This document shows, one piece after another, positions 19,644-33,115 of a stretch of 64,000 nucleotides of DNA; within the stretch, counting starts at the first letter, position 1, and every line of letters begins with the position of its first letter. This stretch comes from Ranitomeya imitator (lineage: Eukaryota), in the NCBI RefSeq assembly GCF_032444005.1, contig NC_091287.1:536858001-536922000 (forward strand). The letters run 5' to 3'. A program made the translations under genes and the position numbers. Under the pieces are notes generated by a model that did no database searches, was not told the DNA's origin, and saw only the letters and a list, made by a program, of their open reading frames with translations.

Positions 19644-21782
19644 TTACCTCTCTCCAGGGTACTGGCTTAAGAGTCAAAGAGAGTGGGAGCATGGAGAGAA
19701 TCACCCCGTCTTTCCGGGGGGAACAAAACCCAGCACCGCAACGTGGAGGCCTAGTTTGATCTTATCTATGAGTTTTTCATTTTTTTTGCCCTTGAGATAT
19801 TGTGTTACATTTTCAGCTTCTCCTTTTTATGTTCTCCTTGGATTTTGGACGTGTCCACCCCTCCTCTGACTTTTGACAGCATAGCTATCTGTGGTCTGCA
19901 TAAGATGGATGAGCATTCAGACCGTTTCATAACTGAACGTCAGACAATGAAAAAAAATGTTGTAAAACAACAATTTGAAGCCGGCCTGATATATGTTTTT
20001 GCCCTCCAGGCGTATGAGGCTCTGCTGCACTGGGACCACTTCAGGTGGAAGCAATATCATCCAGATTACCTGGAACAAGAGTCAGGGGTTACTCAAGGTC
20101 AAAAGTTTGAAACTTCTCTTGTTGAGTAGTAAATCATGACAATGTGGTGAAGAATTGTGCACAATTTTCCAGGTAACATCCCTTGCATATTTGATATGGT
20201 GATTTTTATGGGTGGAGTTGTTTTTTTATGGACGCCATTTTCATCATGGTGATCTTGCAGTTGCCGCCTGTGCACATGTGAGCAACAGCTAGGACCAGAG
20301 AGAGCGCAGATCCCGGCAGTTTAACCCCTTATATATGGTCAATAGTGACCATGACATCCAAGTAGTTGGACAAAAACGAGATCCCTCAGTCATCAAGTAG
20401 CCTCTCCCCAGCACATGATCTCTATAGATGTTATACAATGCCCCCCCCCCCCCCCCAAGGTCTGCTATGCTATTACTACAGTTTTAATCTGATAGACAAT
20501 GTATACAGAAGAATATTACCCATAATTTACCTGCAGGAACTACTATTCACAATCAGTGAAGGCCTAGCCTACTTTCCTCCCTCTCTGCACAATGACCTCT
20601 GCATAGGTCACTGAGCATGCTCACAGCACTTTCCCATAGGATTCAATAAGTCATCTCCGGGCACCAATTCCAATGTAACTGCAATAAAGCAAGTCTCTGA
20701 ACTGCTGTTAAAGAATATTAATACCTTTGCATTTTTTTTACTTAATGGGGATGTCCACTTTCAATAAAGAAGCCCCCAAAGTGTGTAAAATGCATAAATC
20801 ATCACTGACAGATTCTTAGTTAACTCATTCTGCAGCCAGCAGCTCAGGTGTGGAAATAAGCTAAAAAATCTACAATCAGATGATAAAAATGCATAAAAAG
20901 AAAAGAAAATCATGGTACATTCCCTTTCAGCTGTTACTGTACACTGCCCCACTTTCCCGACAGGAGATTGATCGTATTTTCCAGGAAAGAAAGGCTCAGT
21001 ATGTCATTTTCTGATGCTTGGTCTCTGTCAGACTGATTTTTTCTTGTTCAACTTGGCCCCAGATGTGGGTCACCAACTCCACTAACAATATGATTTCTCC
21101 TAATCTAGCCTCACTAATGGAATACCACGCCTGTCCTGACCGCACTGTGCATTGACATCTTCCTTCTTGGCATCCAATAATTTCTAGATTACAGACTCTT
21201 TGTGACTTTAACCCTTTTTCCTTGCGGAGGTTTCTACACTTTCACACTTTTGGCTTCTAAGTTCCAAAACTAAAATTTAGTTCCAGCATAAAATTATACT
21301 CTTGAAACCTATTAAACAAAAAAAATGGGCGGATCTCATACATACTGCCTGCACCCATGGCTCCCAACCATCCCAGTTTCAGCAGGACTAATTCTCTGTC
21401 CCGGGAGGTCAGTGTAAAGTCCTGCCTTTTACTCATGCTGTCTGTGATGTCTCCTCAGGTGAAGGCTTCCCTCATGTCTTTACTATGCGTGCATGTCATT
21501 ACTCCTCATGCTCCTCGGGGGCGGGGCAAGCATCTCTGCTGTTTATGCTTACATTCATTTAAATACATAATTCTTCTATTTTCTTGAAGTCTGATCTTCT
21601 CAGATATGTGTATACGTGTGGTGAAGGATTTACACATTTTTTCTTGTTTTTTTTTTTCTACTCCCTCTGATCCTCCCATTTTTTTCCAAATCCTCAGTGG
21701 GCATTTTTCATAAATCCATGGTGCCTATTTTGGCCATTCCTGTCTCTATGTGCATTATACAGGTTTTTTTTTTTTTTTACAG

Positions 21783-21817
21783 TTGATAAAGACTCCAGTC
21801 CGACATTGAAACGCGTT
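21783..21817 (+). other. Degenerate Penelope-type hammerhead remnant
   Basis: TTGATAAAG...GAAACGCGTT resembles CTGATGAAG...GAAACGCGT, but the core is mutated and stem II does not pair. Confidence 0.4.
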
Positions 21818-22309
21818 ATGGAATAAGAAACAATTCTGAATCAAGAATCTTCACTACGATCACGGTTGTAGGCATATTGGTGAAGTTCATCCACCAGCCA
21901 CGTTGCAGCAGCTCTCTAAAATGAGAACGGTGTCATACTAATCTTTCACGGCAATTCTCGATTTTGGAGTAATTTGGATTAGCGGCAAATCAAATTTCCT
22001 TGGAACTTTACAATTTAGAGAACACAGGTAAAAACAATGTCAGACATTATATAATATTATGATGCGCTAGTAAATGCATGGAGGGTGGGACATATTCTCT
22101 ATTGTAGAATAATGTAGAAGAGGGCTGTGGAGAAGACTTAGTTTAGGGAATATTATAATCTTGCTCAATATGTGGTGTTTTTCGTGGCTCTTAAATCTGT
22201 GGACGTTGGTAATTAGGGTTTTCAGACTGGGTTAGTGCATTCCAAAGAAATGGGTCACAATGAAAAAGGTTTACAATACAGAAGATGTCATGTTAGTATT
22301 AGTCAATTA

Positions 22310-23960
22310 GCAGAATGGAGAGCATGGGTAGTGTGATAGACAGAGATGCTGGAGGAGATGTATGGGGGCGGTGCAGCACTATGGAGAGGACGGTAGGGTG
22401 GTAGGAATAGATGATGGAGGAGATGTAAGGTGGTGCAGCACTATGGAGAGCATGTAAGGTGGTAGACAGCGATAATAGAGGAGATGAAGGGCAGTTCAAC
22501 ACTGTGGAGGGGGGTGGGTAGAGTGGTAGATGGAGATGAGGGAGGAGATGTAGGGCAGTGCAGCTGTCACGGGTATGTCAGAGGCTGCAGACAGTCGTAT
22601 TACATCTAGCTGTAGAAGGCCTCTGTGTTTGGCTTTGCAGACACATTCTTAACTCTTCTGACTCTAGGACCCAGTGGCAATCTTTCTCCAGCTCTAATTG
22701 ACACACCTGGACCTGGGTGTTTATAGACTCCCAGTCGGTTGCTGGGAATCGCTGGTGATATTTCCATTTCCCCCTGTTGAGGTTTCGAGCTATAGCAGTG
22801 GGCTATCTTTCTCTTTGGTGTTGCTGGACGATATCTGTGTTACTTTTCTGAATCTACTCAAGATAAGTGTTCCCCTTGTTCGTCTATCCCAGCTGTCTTT
22901 AGTGATAGTGGGGATCGACTAGTGAACACCTCGTCTTTCCCTAATCAGGTCTTATTGCCAGAGTCAGGCAAGGATTAGGTTCCTGTTTGGTGATAGGTGC
23001 AGAACCTATATTGGGAGGTTTAGGGCAGACAGGAGGTTTAGATCTGCCTAGGGGTTTCTACTCCCCCTTCCCTAGTGTTGGGCTCCCTTCCCCTCATCCC
23101 TTCATGTTGCACTTAGTCTTTCCTACACAGTGCGTGACAGCAGCACTATGAAGTAGGAATAGATAGATGATGGAGAACATGTAAGCTGGTGCACCACTGT
23201 GGAGAGCAGGTAGGGTGGTAGACAGAGATAATAGAGGGAATGTAGGGTGGTTCAGCACTGTGAAGAGGACAGGTAGAGTGGTAGATTGAGATGAGGAAGG
23301 AGATGTAGCTGCAGCACTGTGGAGAGCACAAGTAGAGTGTTCGAAAGAGATTAGAAGATATAGGGCGGTGCAGCAATGTGGAGAAGACTGGTAGGGTGGT
23401 AGACAGAGATAATTGAGGAGATGTAGAGGGTGCATCACTATAGAAAGCACAGTAGGGTGGTAGACAGAGATGAGGGAGGAGATGAAGGGTAGTGCAGCAC
23501 TGAGGAGAGCACAGGGAGGGTGCTAGATGGAGATAATGGAGGAAATCTAGGTGGTTGCAGCACTAAAGAGAGCACAGTAGGATGGTAGACAGAGATAAGA
23601 AGGAGATGTAGGGCGGTGCAGCACTATGGAGAGGACAGGTAGGGGTGATAGAGATGTAGGGCGGTGCAGCACTATGGAGAGGACAGGTAGGGGTGATAGA
23701 GATGTGGGGCGGTGCAGCACTATGGAGAGGACAGGTAGGGGTGATAGAGATGTAGGGTGGTGCAGCACTGTAGAGAGGATGAATAGGGAGGTAGACAGAG
23801 AGGAGATGTAGGGCAGTGCCCAACGTGGTGAGGACCAGTAAGGTGGCAGACAGAGTCGAGAAGAAGATGTGGGATGGTGCAGTATTGTGTTTTTTTTTTA
23901 TTGTTCTCTATATTGGATAAGTAACCGGTAAAGTGACTGGCACAAGGTGGAGGCATCGAT
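22310..23960 (-). repeat. Tandemly amplified fragment of L2 ORF2 3' coding sequence (48- to ~60-bp units)
   Basis: Minus-strand units translate as LHSAAPPYIS..., matching L2 [19 protein letters not shown] at about 2980-3040. The segment 23921-23960 matches L2 gatgcctctaccttgtgccagtca. Confidence 0.8.
22565..23139. mobile_element. Solo LTR (575 bp)
   Basis: TGTCACG...CGTGACA termini; 5-bp TSD gcagc at 22560-64 and 23140-44. Confidence 0.88.
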
Positions 23961-25275
23961 GTAATCGCTGGAAAGAAAGATGAGCCTGGTTACATCGGAA
24001 AAGGGGAGAGTTTCATTAAAGGAAGTCTGATAATTCTAGCCATGAAGGCAAGATTGGAATTTTCCCTTTATTCGGCACCTTGTGGTCAGGTTTAGTAAGG
24101 CAAATATAACTTCTCATGGGTCTTTCCAGTATCATATTCCACAAAAGTTTAATAAGTATTAAAAACTTTCATCAATCCCAAATCTAATAAGGTCGCTCTG
24201 TTGACGGGTGGCTGTATATGCACAATCACTGAGATGGGGATGTAGGAAAAGACGAGCGATCCTACTGGGCTGGTATCACCCTTTATTCCAGTGGGGTGTA
24301 TCTGGTGCTACATGGTAAATATAAACTCAGCTCTGCTACATTCGTGTGTGCATCATTTCTTGCTTTTACCAAAGCCTCATTTTATTTAAACAACCATTTA
24401 ACATAAAATGTTTCTTGATGAGTTTGTCACGAGGCTCAGATATTTATTCCTCCCAATACCCGCATATAATTAGTCATTTGCTCGTACCGTAATACCGCAA
24501 ACCTGTATTTTATCCAATTACCATAAAAAAAGGGAAATCCCGCAATCATCTTATTGAATAACGCACCTCACATTGCACGTACACCCCGAAATGTTCATGG
24601 TAATGAGCTCGGAGTCACGTATAGCGGCACAGGAACGCCATGACTGCGCCATAAATACAACAAGAAGTCATATAATGATAATTACTTCTCATTCTATCCA
24701 ATCAGGGCTTTATTGGTGAAAGTGATGAAAGGGCTTAGTAACGAGTGGATGTATTTATAGACCGTGTGAAAAGCATGTGCTACTTAAAATGGAAATTAGA
24801 AATGGACTTCACAAAGCAGGCACGCTGGAGAACCAGCGAGAGGCTCCGATTGTATGAGATCCGGAGGATCAGACAATGTGCCGTAAGCAAGCAGAAGCAT
24901 ACACGTGAACCATTATAGGGTATGACATTGGAAAACACCGCTGCTTTCTTCCAGAAATAGCGCCCCTCTTGGTTCGTTTGTGGTATTGCAGACCAGCCAT
25001 ATTTTTTTTTTCTTACTTAAATGCATTCAATTTGGCCTAAAAATCATTTTAGCACTTGGGTTCCATGAAATATATTGCACCGTTTGCTACCGGGGGGGGG
25101 GGAGCAAAGGTTGCGGTTGCCCTGGGCCCGCCGCCCAATCGAGATTTATGGTACTATTGACTATATCGGAGTGCGCATATCCCTATCCCGGTATCGTAAA
25201 GCACCGTGGAGGAGCAGGGAGACACGATCTCCCCACGCTACCGTTCTCCATTCTGTAGACGAGAGGTCACTCTAA

Positions 25276-26390
25276 GGCCGGCTTCACACTTGCGAGTTTT
25301 ACGGACGTAAGAGCGCAGAAACTATGTCCGTAAAACTCGCAAAAAATACGGCACAATTATTCTCTATGCCCCTGCTCCTATCTGCCGTATTTTACTGATC
25401 AGTATTATACGGCTTTCTACGGCCGTACAAAATCGCAGCATGCTGCGTTTGTCACCGTATTGCGCAAGAAATACGCCAATGAAAGTCTATGGAAGCGTGA
25501 AAAATACGGATTACACACGGACAAGCAGTGTGACTTGCGAGAAATACGCAGCGCTGTTAGAGAGAAAAGCCGGCAATTCAGTGCGGTGTACAGTAAAATC
25601 ACACTGACAGCTTACAGTAGAATAGGTAGAATAAATGTGTACACATAGAATAGGTATATATATATATATATATATATGTCATTAGACACATATATGTATA
25701 TATATTAATATTTATTCCAGCGCGATACAGCTTGAAAGACGGTAATTCAATTACCGGCTTTTTCTTTCTCCTTCCTAAAACCCGACATGATTTGAGACAT
25801 GGTTTACATACAGTAAACCATGTCTTCTCTCCATTTTTTTTGCAGATTCCACACTACTAATGTCAGTAGAGTGTATCTGCAAAATTTGGCCGTTCTAGCT
25901 CTTAAAATAAAGGGTTAAAAAAATTGGCGTGGGCTCCCGGCCAAATTTTGCAGATACACTCTACTGACATTAGTAGTGTGGAATCTGCAAAAAAAATGGA
26001 GAGAAGACATGGTTTACTGTATGTAAACCATGTCTCAAATCATGTCGGGTTTTAGGAAGGAGAAAGAAAAAGCCGGTAATTGAATTACCGGCTTTCAAGC
26101 TGTATAGCGCTGGAAAAAATAGTAATATATATACATATATGTGTCTATAGACAGTATATATATATATTTTTTTTTCTTTTTGGGACACATGGATCATTTC
26201 TATAGCGGTATGTTGGTTTTGCAAGCCTGCGAGAAAACCACGCAGTACCCGTACGGAGGATGCCATGCGCAAAAAACGCTGACACACCCTGCCTACGGAG
26301 GAGCTACGGACCACTATTTTCGGGACATTTCAGCGTATTACGGCCGTAATATACGGACCGTATTTTCATACGCTGAGTGTGAAGCCGGCC
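25276..26390. mobile_element. PIF/Harbinger-type non-autonomous element with a large internal foldback
   Basis: TIR GGCCGGCTTCACACT; TAA TSD at 25273-75 and 26391-93; internal inverted arms at about 25683-25892 and 25938-26147. Confidence 0.88.
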
Positions 26391-26721
26391 TAAGCCTGTG
26401 GTCTACAGAATGTCCAATATGCTGAAGCACATGCAGGACATTAGAGTCCTGGCATGATTATGTTACTGGGACACTTACGTCCTGACATGTTAGTCCTCCG
26501 AGGCTTTGCCGCCAAACTCGTCAGGATCCCGGATTAGGTGAGCATATGATGTTAGTAATTTAATTAATTAAAACTTGTGGGGGCATCTAAACAATTGTGG
26601 ACACTGGTGGGGCATTCATACATTATAAGGACTACTGTAAGGGCCCATCATACAGCTTGGGGTCCAATTTGGGGCCTATTATACAGTTTAGGAGCACAAA
26701 AGAGGCATTATTACTATATAA

Positions 26722-27742
26722 GGCCGGTTTCACACGTCAGTGGCTCCGGTACGTGAGGTGACAGTTTCCTCACGTACCGGAGCCACTGACTCACGTAGAC
26801 ACATTAATATCAATGTGTCTCTGCACATGTCAGCGTGTTTTCACGGACCGTGTGTCCGTTTGGAAAACATGGAGACATGTCAGTGTTCGTGGGAGCGCAC
26901 GGATCACACGGACCCATTAAAGTCAATGGGTCCGTGTAAAACACGTACCGCACACGGATGCTGTCCGTGTGCAGTCCGTGTGCCGTGCAGAAGACAGCGC
27001 TACAGTAAGCGCTGTCCCCCCAGCTTGTGGTGCTGAAGCCCCATTCATTTCTTCTCTCCAGCAGCATTCACTGGAGAGAAGAAATGAAAAATCATTGTTT
27101 TTTTTTTTTGTGTTTAAAATAAAGTTCCCGGTAATCTACCCCCTCCCACCACCTGTGCGCCCGCCCGCTGGCATTAAAATACTTACCCGGCTCCCTCGAT
27201 GCTTCCATCCTCTCAGCGTCGCAGCTCTTCCTGTATGAGCGGTCACGTGGTGCCGCTTATTACAGTGATGAATATGCGGCTCCACCTCCCATAGGGGTGG
27301 AGCCGCATATTCATCACTGTAATGTGCAATACCACATGACCGCTCATACAAGAAGAGCTGCAACGCTGAGAGGATGGAAGCTTTGAGGGAGCCGGGTAAG
27401 TATTTTAATGCCAGCAGGTGGGCGCACAGGGGGTGGGAGGGGGGAGATTACCGGGAACTTTATTTTAACAACAACAAAAAAAACCCTGCTTTTTCATTCC
27501 TTCTCTCCAGCGAATGCTGCTGGGAAGAAGGAATGAATTCTGGATTCAGCACCCAAAGCAGGGGACAGCGCTTAACTCTAGCGCTGTCTCCTGCACGGTG
27601 CGTGTGGTACCCAGTCGACACACGGACGGCACACGGCTGCCGCACGTGTGCCACACTGATGTGTCAGGTAAGCACATGGACACGGATAACTCCGGTACCG
27701 ATTTTTCCGGTACCGGAATTATCTGGACGTGTGGGACAGGCC
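26722..27742. mobile_element. PIF/Harbinger-type non-autonomous element (same family as 52362-53349)
   Basis: Imperfect TIRs GGCCGGTTTCACACGTC / GACGTGTGGGACAGGCC; TAA TSD at 26719-21 and 27743-45; internal hairpins. Confidence 0.88.
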
Positions 27743-28292
27743 TAAGTGGCACAATGGTGGCCATTGTTACGTGGTGCAGTACGAGGATCCCTGCTTTTGT
27801 ACCAAACAACAGGTGCTGTAATGGGGACACATACGGCAGCAGTGGCTCAGCTTTGGGGCATTAGTAAGATGAGGAGTTTGTGCAGGTTGGGAATAGATGG
27901 GGACGGTGCAGGAAATGTGAGGAGTCAGATGTGTCTTTGTTGTAATCTCTGCAGAAGAGTCCTGGCTGGGAGAAGTTGTCACGTCAGTCTGGGCAAGAAG
28001 GAAAAGACGGGAAGAGTGAACGATTCCATCAGAAAAAATGTTATCTGTAAGTCACCATCCGTAACTGTACTGTAATCACAGGTATGTTCAGCAGGACTCG
28101 TATCTACCACTATATGGTCGCTGTATGGCGATAATATCAGTGCGCCACTATAGTTGCAATCAGCTCCAGGTTTCCGTGGGCCGGAGAATCCTTGCCCCAC
28201 ACAGTGCGTATCCCGGGGGATTCAAAAGTTTTAATTTTAGGCCGGACAGTATAGTCCTCAATACAGTATTATTCCAAAGACATACTAATAGG

Positions 28293-28410
28293 GAATTTAG
28301 ATTGTGAGCCCCATCGGGGACAGCAACCTGTAAAGCGCTGCGGAATATGTTAGTGCTATATAAAAATAAAGATTATTAAAAAATAAATAAAGACTATTAT
28401 TAAAGATTAG
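28293..28410 (+). mobile_element. Short L2-type 3' tail (truncated L2 or L2-dependent SINE end)
   Basis: gattgtgagccccatcggggacag...tgtaaagcgctgcggaatatgttagtgctatataaaaataaagattatt. Confidence 0.75.
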
Positions 28411-28439
28411 TATTATGGGCACCACAGTCTTCTGTAGAG

Positions 28440-28835
28440 TTTAATGAGCCCTATATAGTCCTCTATACAGTATAATGAGCCCCATATATTGCTCCAAACA
28501 GTATGAGATCCATATAATGCTCCATACAGTATAATGCATTCCTCCATACAGTATAAAGAGCCCCATATATTGCTCCATAAAGTATAATGAGCCCCATATA
28601 TTGCTCCATACAGTAAAATGACCAGCTTATATTGCTCCATACAGTATAATGAGCCCCATATATTGCTCCATACAGTAAAATGAGCAGCTTATATTGCTCC
28701 ATACAGAATAATGAGCCCCATATATTGCTCCATACAGTATAATCGGCCCCATATAATGCTTCATAGAGAATAATGGACCCCATATAATGCTCCATACAGA
28801 ATAATGAGTCATATATAATGCTCCATATAGAATGG
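28440..28835. repeat. Degenerate ~30-bp minisatellite
   Basis: Repeats of agtataatgagccccatatattgctccatac. Confidence 0.85.
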
Positions 28836-30834
28836 GCCCTGAGCTTCTCTCAGCTCGTTTCTGACCAAAGACCACATCAAAATTGACTGTAAAGGAAAAT
28901 TGTGCACATTTTTAAATTAAACCCAATTGCAAAGATTATTTGCCACTAAATACATGAGTTTAAGAAAAAAAAAAACCACCTTTAATTTGGTTATAGAAAT
29001 ATTTATGTTTAAACAGGACTTTCATACAAATTTATGTTGACTGGGACCAGACCTGCACAACATAAGGCCAGCTGTCCGGGAGGTTCTGCTGCCTTCCTAT
29101 ATTCAAATGTATTTATGTCTTTTTTTTTTGTGATGTATTCATGTAATTACCCCTTTAAATTTTTCTGACGCCCTTGGAATTTGTTCAGTATGGCAATGTG
29201 GCCCTTGGACCAAAAAAATGTTGTGCACCCCTGAATTGGACAACCAATGTCATAGGGGCTGCAGAGCAAAGTCAAACTTGTCCTCTATTTTGCTTAATGT
29301 TAGCAATCAAAGGATTCAATAACTAAACAGTTATTTTTTAAAAAGTCCAAGTGGGCGTTTCCAGAGAGATTTCAATGGGGGCGTGTATGCTTTCCTTTTT
29401 AGGACACTGACTAATCATAAACAGGCAGCAAAACACTAGGAAAAAAAAAACCACGTCCCCACAATCGATGTCTTGCTGCCTGCTTATGCTTGATAATGTC
29501 CCCAGTGAAATCTCACTGGTAATGCCCTCTTGGATTTTAAAATAAATTAACTGCTTAGTTGCCAAATACTTTCATTGATAACATCTCTACGACAGATAGG
29601 GGAAGAAATAAGAAAAAAGTTATATTCTGATCTACAGGCACTATTACAGTGTGTGTTGAGTTCAACATGAAAAATGTGATGAAATGTCCTCTTTAATAGC
29701 ACACCATGTGGTTAAATGTGGTATTGCAAGTAAAATGTATGTGGTTTTAATGTGATTCCTTAAAGGGTTATTCCAATCTCAGCCAGGATGGGAGCCAATA
29801 ACTATGCCCAGGCTATGCCCCAAATGTGGATATTACCAATGCACCTTTTTATGGCTTTTATTCTCCACATATATTCTATATGCTCCTTTGACTTTGCAGT
29901 TTATATATATATATGGTTCTCCTTTCAGGTTAATTAACGATACGGACATACGATACGATACGATACGATACGGAAATGAGGACATTTTTTTAAAATTTTG
30001 CTTAAACCCTTTCTGACCATTCAAATTTTTGTACTTTTTTTTTATCCATTGACATAGCCATAGGAGGATTTTTTTGTTTTTGTACTTTTTTTTTTCCATT
30101 TTGTTGTTGGATGATTTGTTTTTTTGAATGACACTATTCATTTTACCATATATTGTACCGACAACTGGAAAATAAATTCAAATGAGGTAAAATAGTACAC
30201 GATGTAGCCGCATGTAACACTTGTGTCTGTGCCTCTGTATCAACACACGATGAAGCCGCATGCACCATCTATATCTGAGCCTCAGCATGAACATTGTATC
30301 TGCTAATCTTTGTGCGCCGCAACCGGTAAATGTTCTGACTGCTCCTCTGTTCTTCTGGACTTTTTATTTACAAAAGTTGTCCACTGCTTGGACAACTTCT
30401 TCTCATACACTATGCTTAGCCCTGATAATATAATAAAGCCTATGCTCACCTCCGGTGCTGGTGCTGAATGGGCGCCGATGTGACAACACTGCATGAGAGC
30501 CCCAGGGAGAGCGAGTGCCAACACCACGGGAAAGGCGCTAGCACGGGAGATAGGTATAGGCTTTATTATTTTCTCGGGGCCAAACTTTTTGATTAAGAAA
30601 GGGTTGTCCTACTAGTGGACAATGACTTTAACATATTAAGTACACCACGCTACATCCCTCCCCCCACTCACCACATCCTTATTTTCACTTATGTCGGCAG
30701 TGTGAGAGTATGGTTTCCATTACTATCATCGTGCCTCCTGTCTACTATCACATGCCCATATTTACTGTACAAGTAGCATCTGTTTTTTCCACTGATGCCA
30801 CATGTACCCATTATAATCTATGCTGCTCTACACA

Positions 30835-32079
30835 TGTAGCGCCCCTGTAGGGCAGTGGGGTACTCGGCATCGGGCCCGTCAGTTCTCAAGGGGGATATCA
30901 TGGTGGCTGACCTGGTCCGTGGCCCTCGAGAGGTCCGTTAATAAAAGGGGAAAGGTCTTTAAAGAGATAATGTTCGTGACGCCACCTGTGGTATTCGGTC
31001 AGGGTGACCGACGCTGCTTAGGGGTCCGCTGGGGTGATGTGATGGCAGCTAGATGGTATACCTTCCCACAGGTGAAGTATGTTCCCAGGGCTTCCCAGAA
31101 GTGTAGATGGTGATGATGGATGGTGCAAGGTGGAGTGAAGAACGAGGACACAAGGTTGCAGTCTCTTTACCTTTTACTGAAGGCTTCAGCATCCACAGTC
31201 CAGAGCACCAGACCACAGGGCAGACGGAGTCCGGCCGGTCTGAAGGCAAATCCAGAGTCTCCTTATCCAGGTGGAAATCAGTAGCCTTCCTCTAGCACCT
31301 AGGTGTTGTAGTACCTCCCTGCTGTGCGTCTCGGTAAGGTCCTCACAACTGTTGTAGATGTTAAGTCTTTCTCTCTGTCCCCCAGATGGATAGGAACAAC
31401 CCGTATGACTGGTGGCTTGAGGCTTTTTACAGGGACTCTAGCATGCCCCGGCCTCCCATCGTTGCCACCGTGCCTCCTGGGTAAAGGTCGGGCAACTAGT
31501 ATGGAACTAGCTGTCCTGCTGGTCTCTGGAGCCAGGCTTGGAGACGATGACTCCCTCAGTGTTCTGGCTACCGGCTACTGCGCCTCAGAAGGAGGCAGCC
31601 TTTTACAGGGCCGAACTCCTTCTGGTTTCCTCTCCTTTTGCTATGACTTCGTTTCTCACTCTCTGCAACACAATTCTCCTTCAATGTCTCTTTCCTAGGA
31701 TGCTGCCACATGTGGGGCAGGCGCAGCTCCGTGGCCTTCTGTCTAGGCCTCTGACAGGATCCCACCCCTGTCAGGGACCCACTACCTGAGTGGAGCTCAG
31801 ATAGCAGCTCACTGGGTGAAGCCCAGCTCGCTTCTGCCTGGGTCAATGCGCAGTCAGCTTCTGACTAACTTTCTATCCAGACCACCAGTTTTACCTAATT
31901 GTGAAGAGTGCCCCTAATAAATAGGAGCATAGCTCCCCCTGGTGGACTGGAGTGTGAAGTGTGGTGTGTGGTATGTGATACCTGGTAAAGTGATCTCCTT
32001 TATTGCCTTCAGACGTAACATCACTCCCCCTGGTGGAAGAATGACATTACTGCAACGACCAGGACCCTGGGGCGCTGCA
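30835..32079. mobile_element. Solo LTR (1245 bp), Gypsy-like
   Basis: TGTAGCGCCCC...GGGGCGCTGCA termini; 4-bp TSD caca at 30831-34 and 32080-83. Confidence 0.88.
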
Positions 32080-32689
32080 CACATAGCCATGTTTTTACTA
32101 GCAGCACGGATGACAAGGGCAAATAAAAGTTTCTGGGTCAGTGTAAAACTCATAGAGCACATGGATGACATCTGTTTGCCATCCCTGTGCCATATTTTCT
32201 TAGTATTGTAAAGTATAGGAGAAGTTTTGTCATTTTTTTTTCTTTTGCCATATCGAAAAAACACTGATGGCATACTGATCCAAAATAGTGATGACACGGT
32301 AATGTTTTTTCCAGTACTGGATTTATACGGATATGTAAAGAATGTTTTACTCTCAAATTTGTGTACTACACAAGTAGCAATCTAGCTTTTCATTTTGATC
32401 ACTTGCTAACACAGGACTGATATCCTGAATAGACATATTTATTTCAATAATATCAATAGTAAGATAAATGTTACATTTGAAAGACAAAATCGGCAAAAAT
32501 ACCATATATATCCAGATAGCCCCTCTATGATGACACTGCACTGAGCAGCCGAATGGCAAAGCGCTGTCTAAGCTGTTATTCTTCAAACACCATGTTGCCT
32601 GAAATTCTCACGTCCTAGTCATACGTTGTAGAAAGAAATCATACCCCAATGCAAAACACACAATTTGTGTAGTACGGTCTTTTCTCCAA

Positions 32690-33115
32690 AGTGCCCAGGA
32701 GCCATTTATCAACACGATAACACCAAGCCGCATGTTACTGGTGATACTGGGAGCAGCTTGCGTGGTCTAAACATGCTTCCATGGCTGCAGCGTCTCCAGA
32801 CTTGTCTCCCATCAAGCACATCTGGGACGTCATTTGTCGGTGATTACACAGAAGCTGCCAGCAGTGGATCTTGATGATTTGCCCAAGTGCATTCAAGGCT
32901 GCAGAACCTTCCTCAGAGAACATTAATAACCTGGCAGCTGAGGCTGGAGGTGCTGGGTTATTACTGCACGTGGCTCATGCTCCATACTGAATAAATCAAA
33001 ATAGTTTCAAAATGTTGTTTCCATTTTTCCATCATTTGCTGATCAGTTACATCTCCATCCTGTGATTTTCATCATTGCACCACTTTTCCTTCTTGGTGTT
33101 AGAATTTCAGTGTTA
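32690..33115 (+). mobile_element. Decayed Tc1 3' fragment
   Basis: Translates as IYQHDNTKPHV...LNMLPW and, after a frameshift, SPDLSPIKHIWD. Confidence 0.75.
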
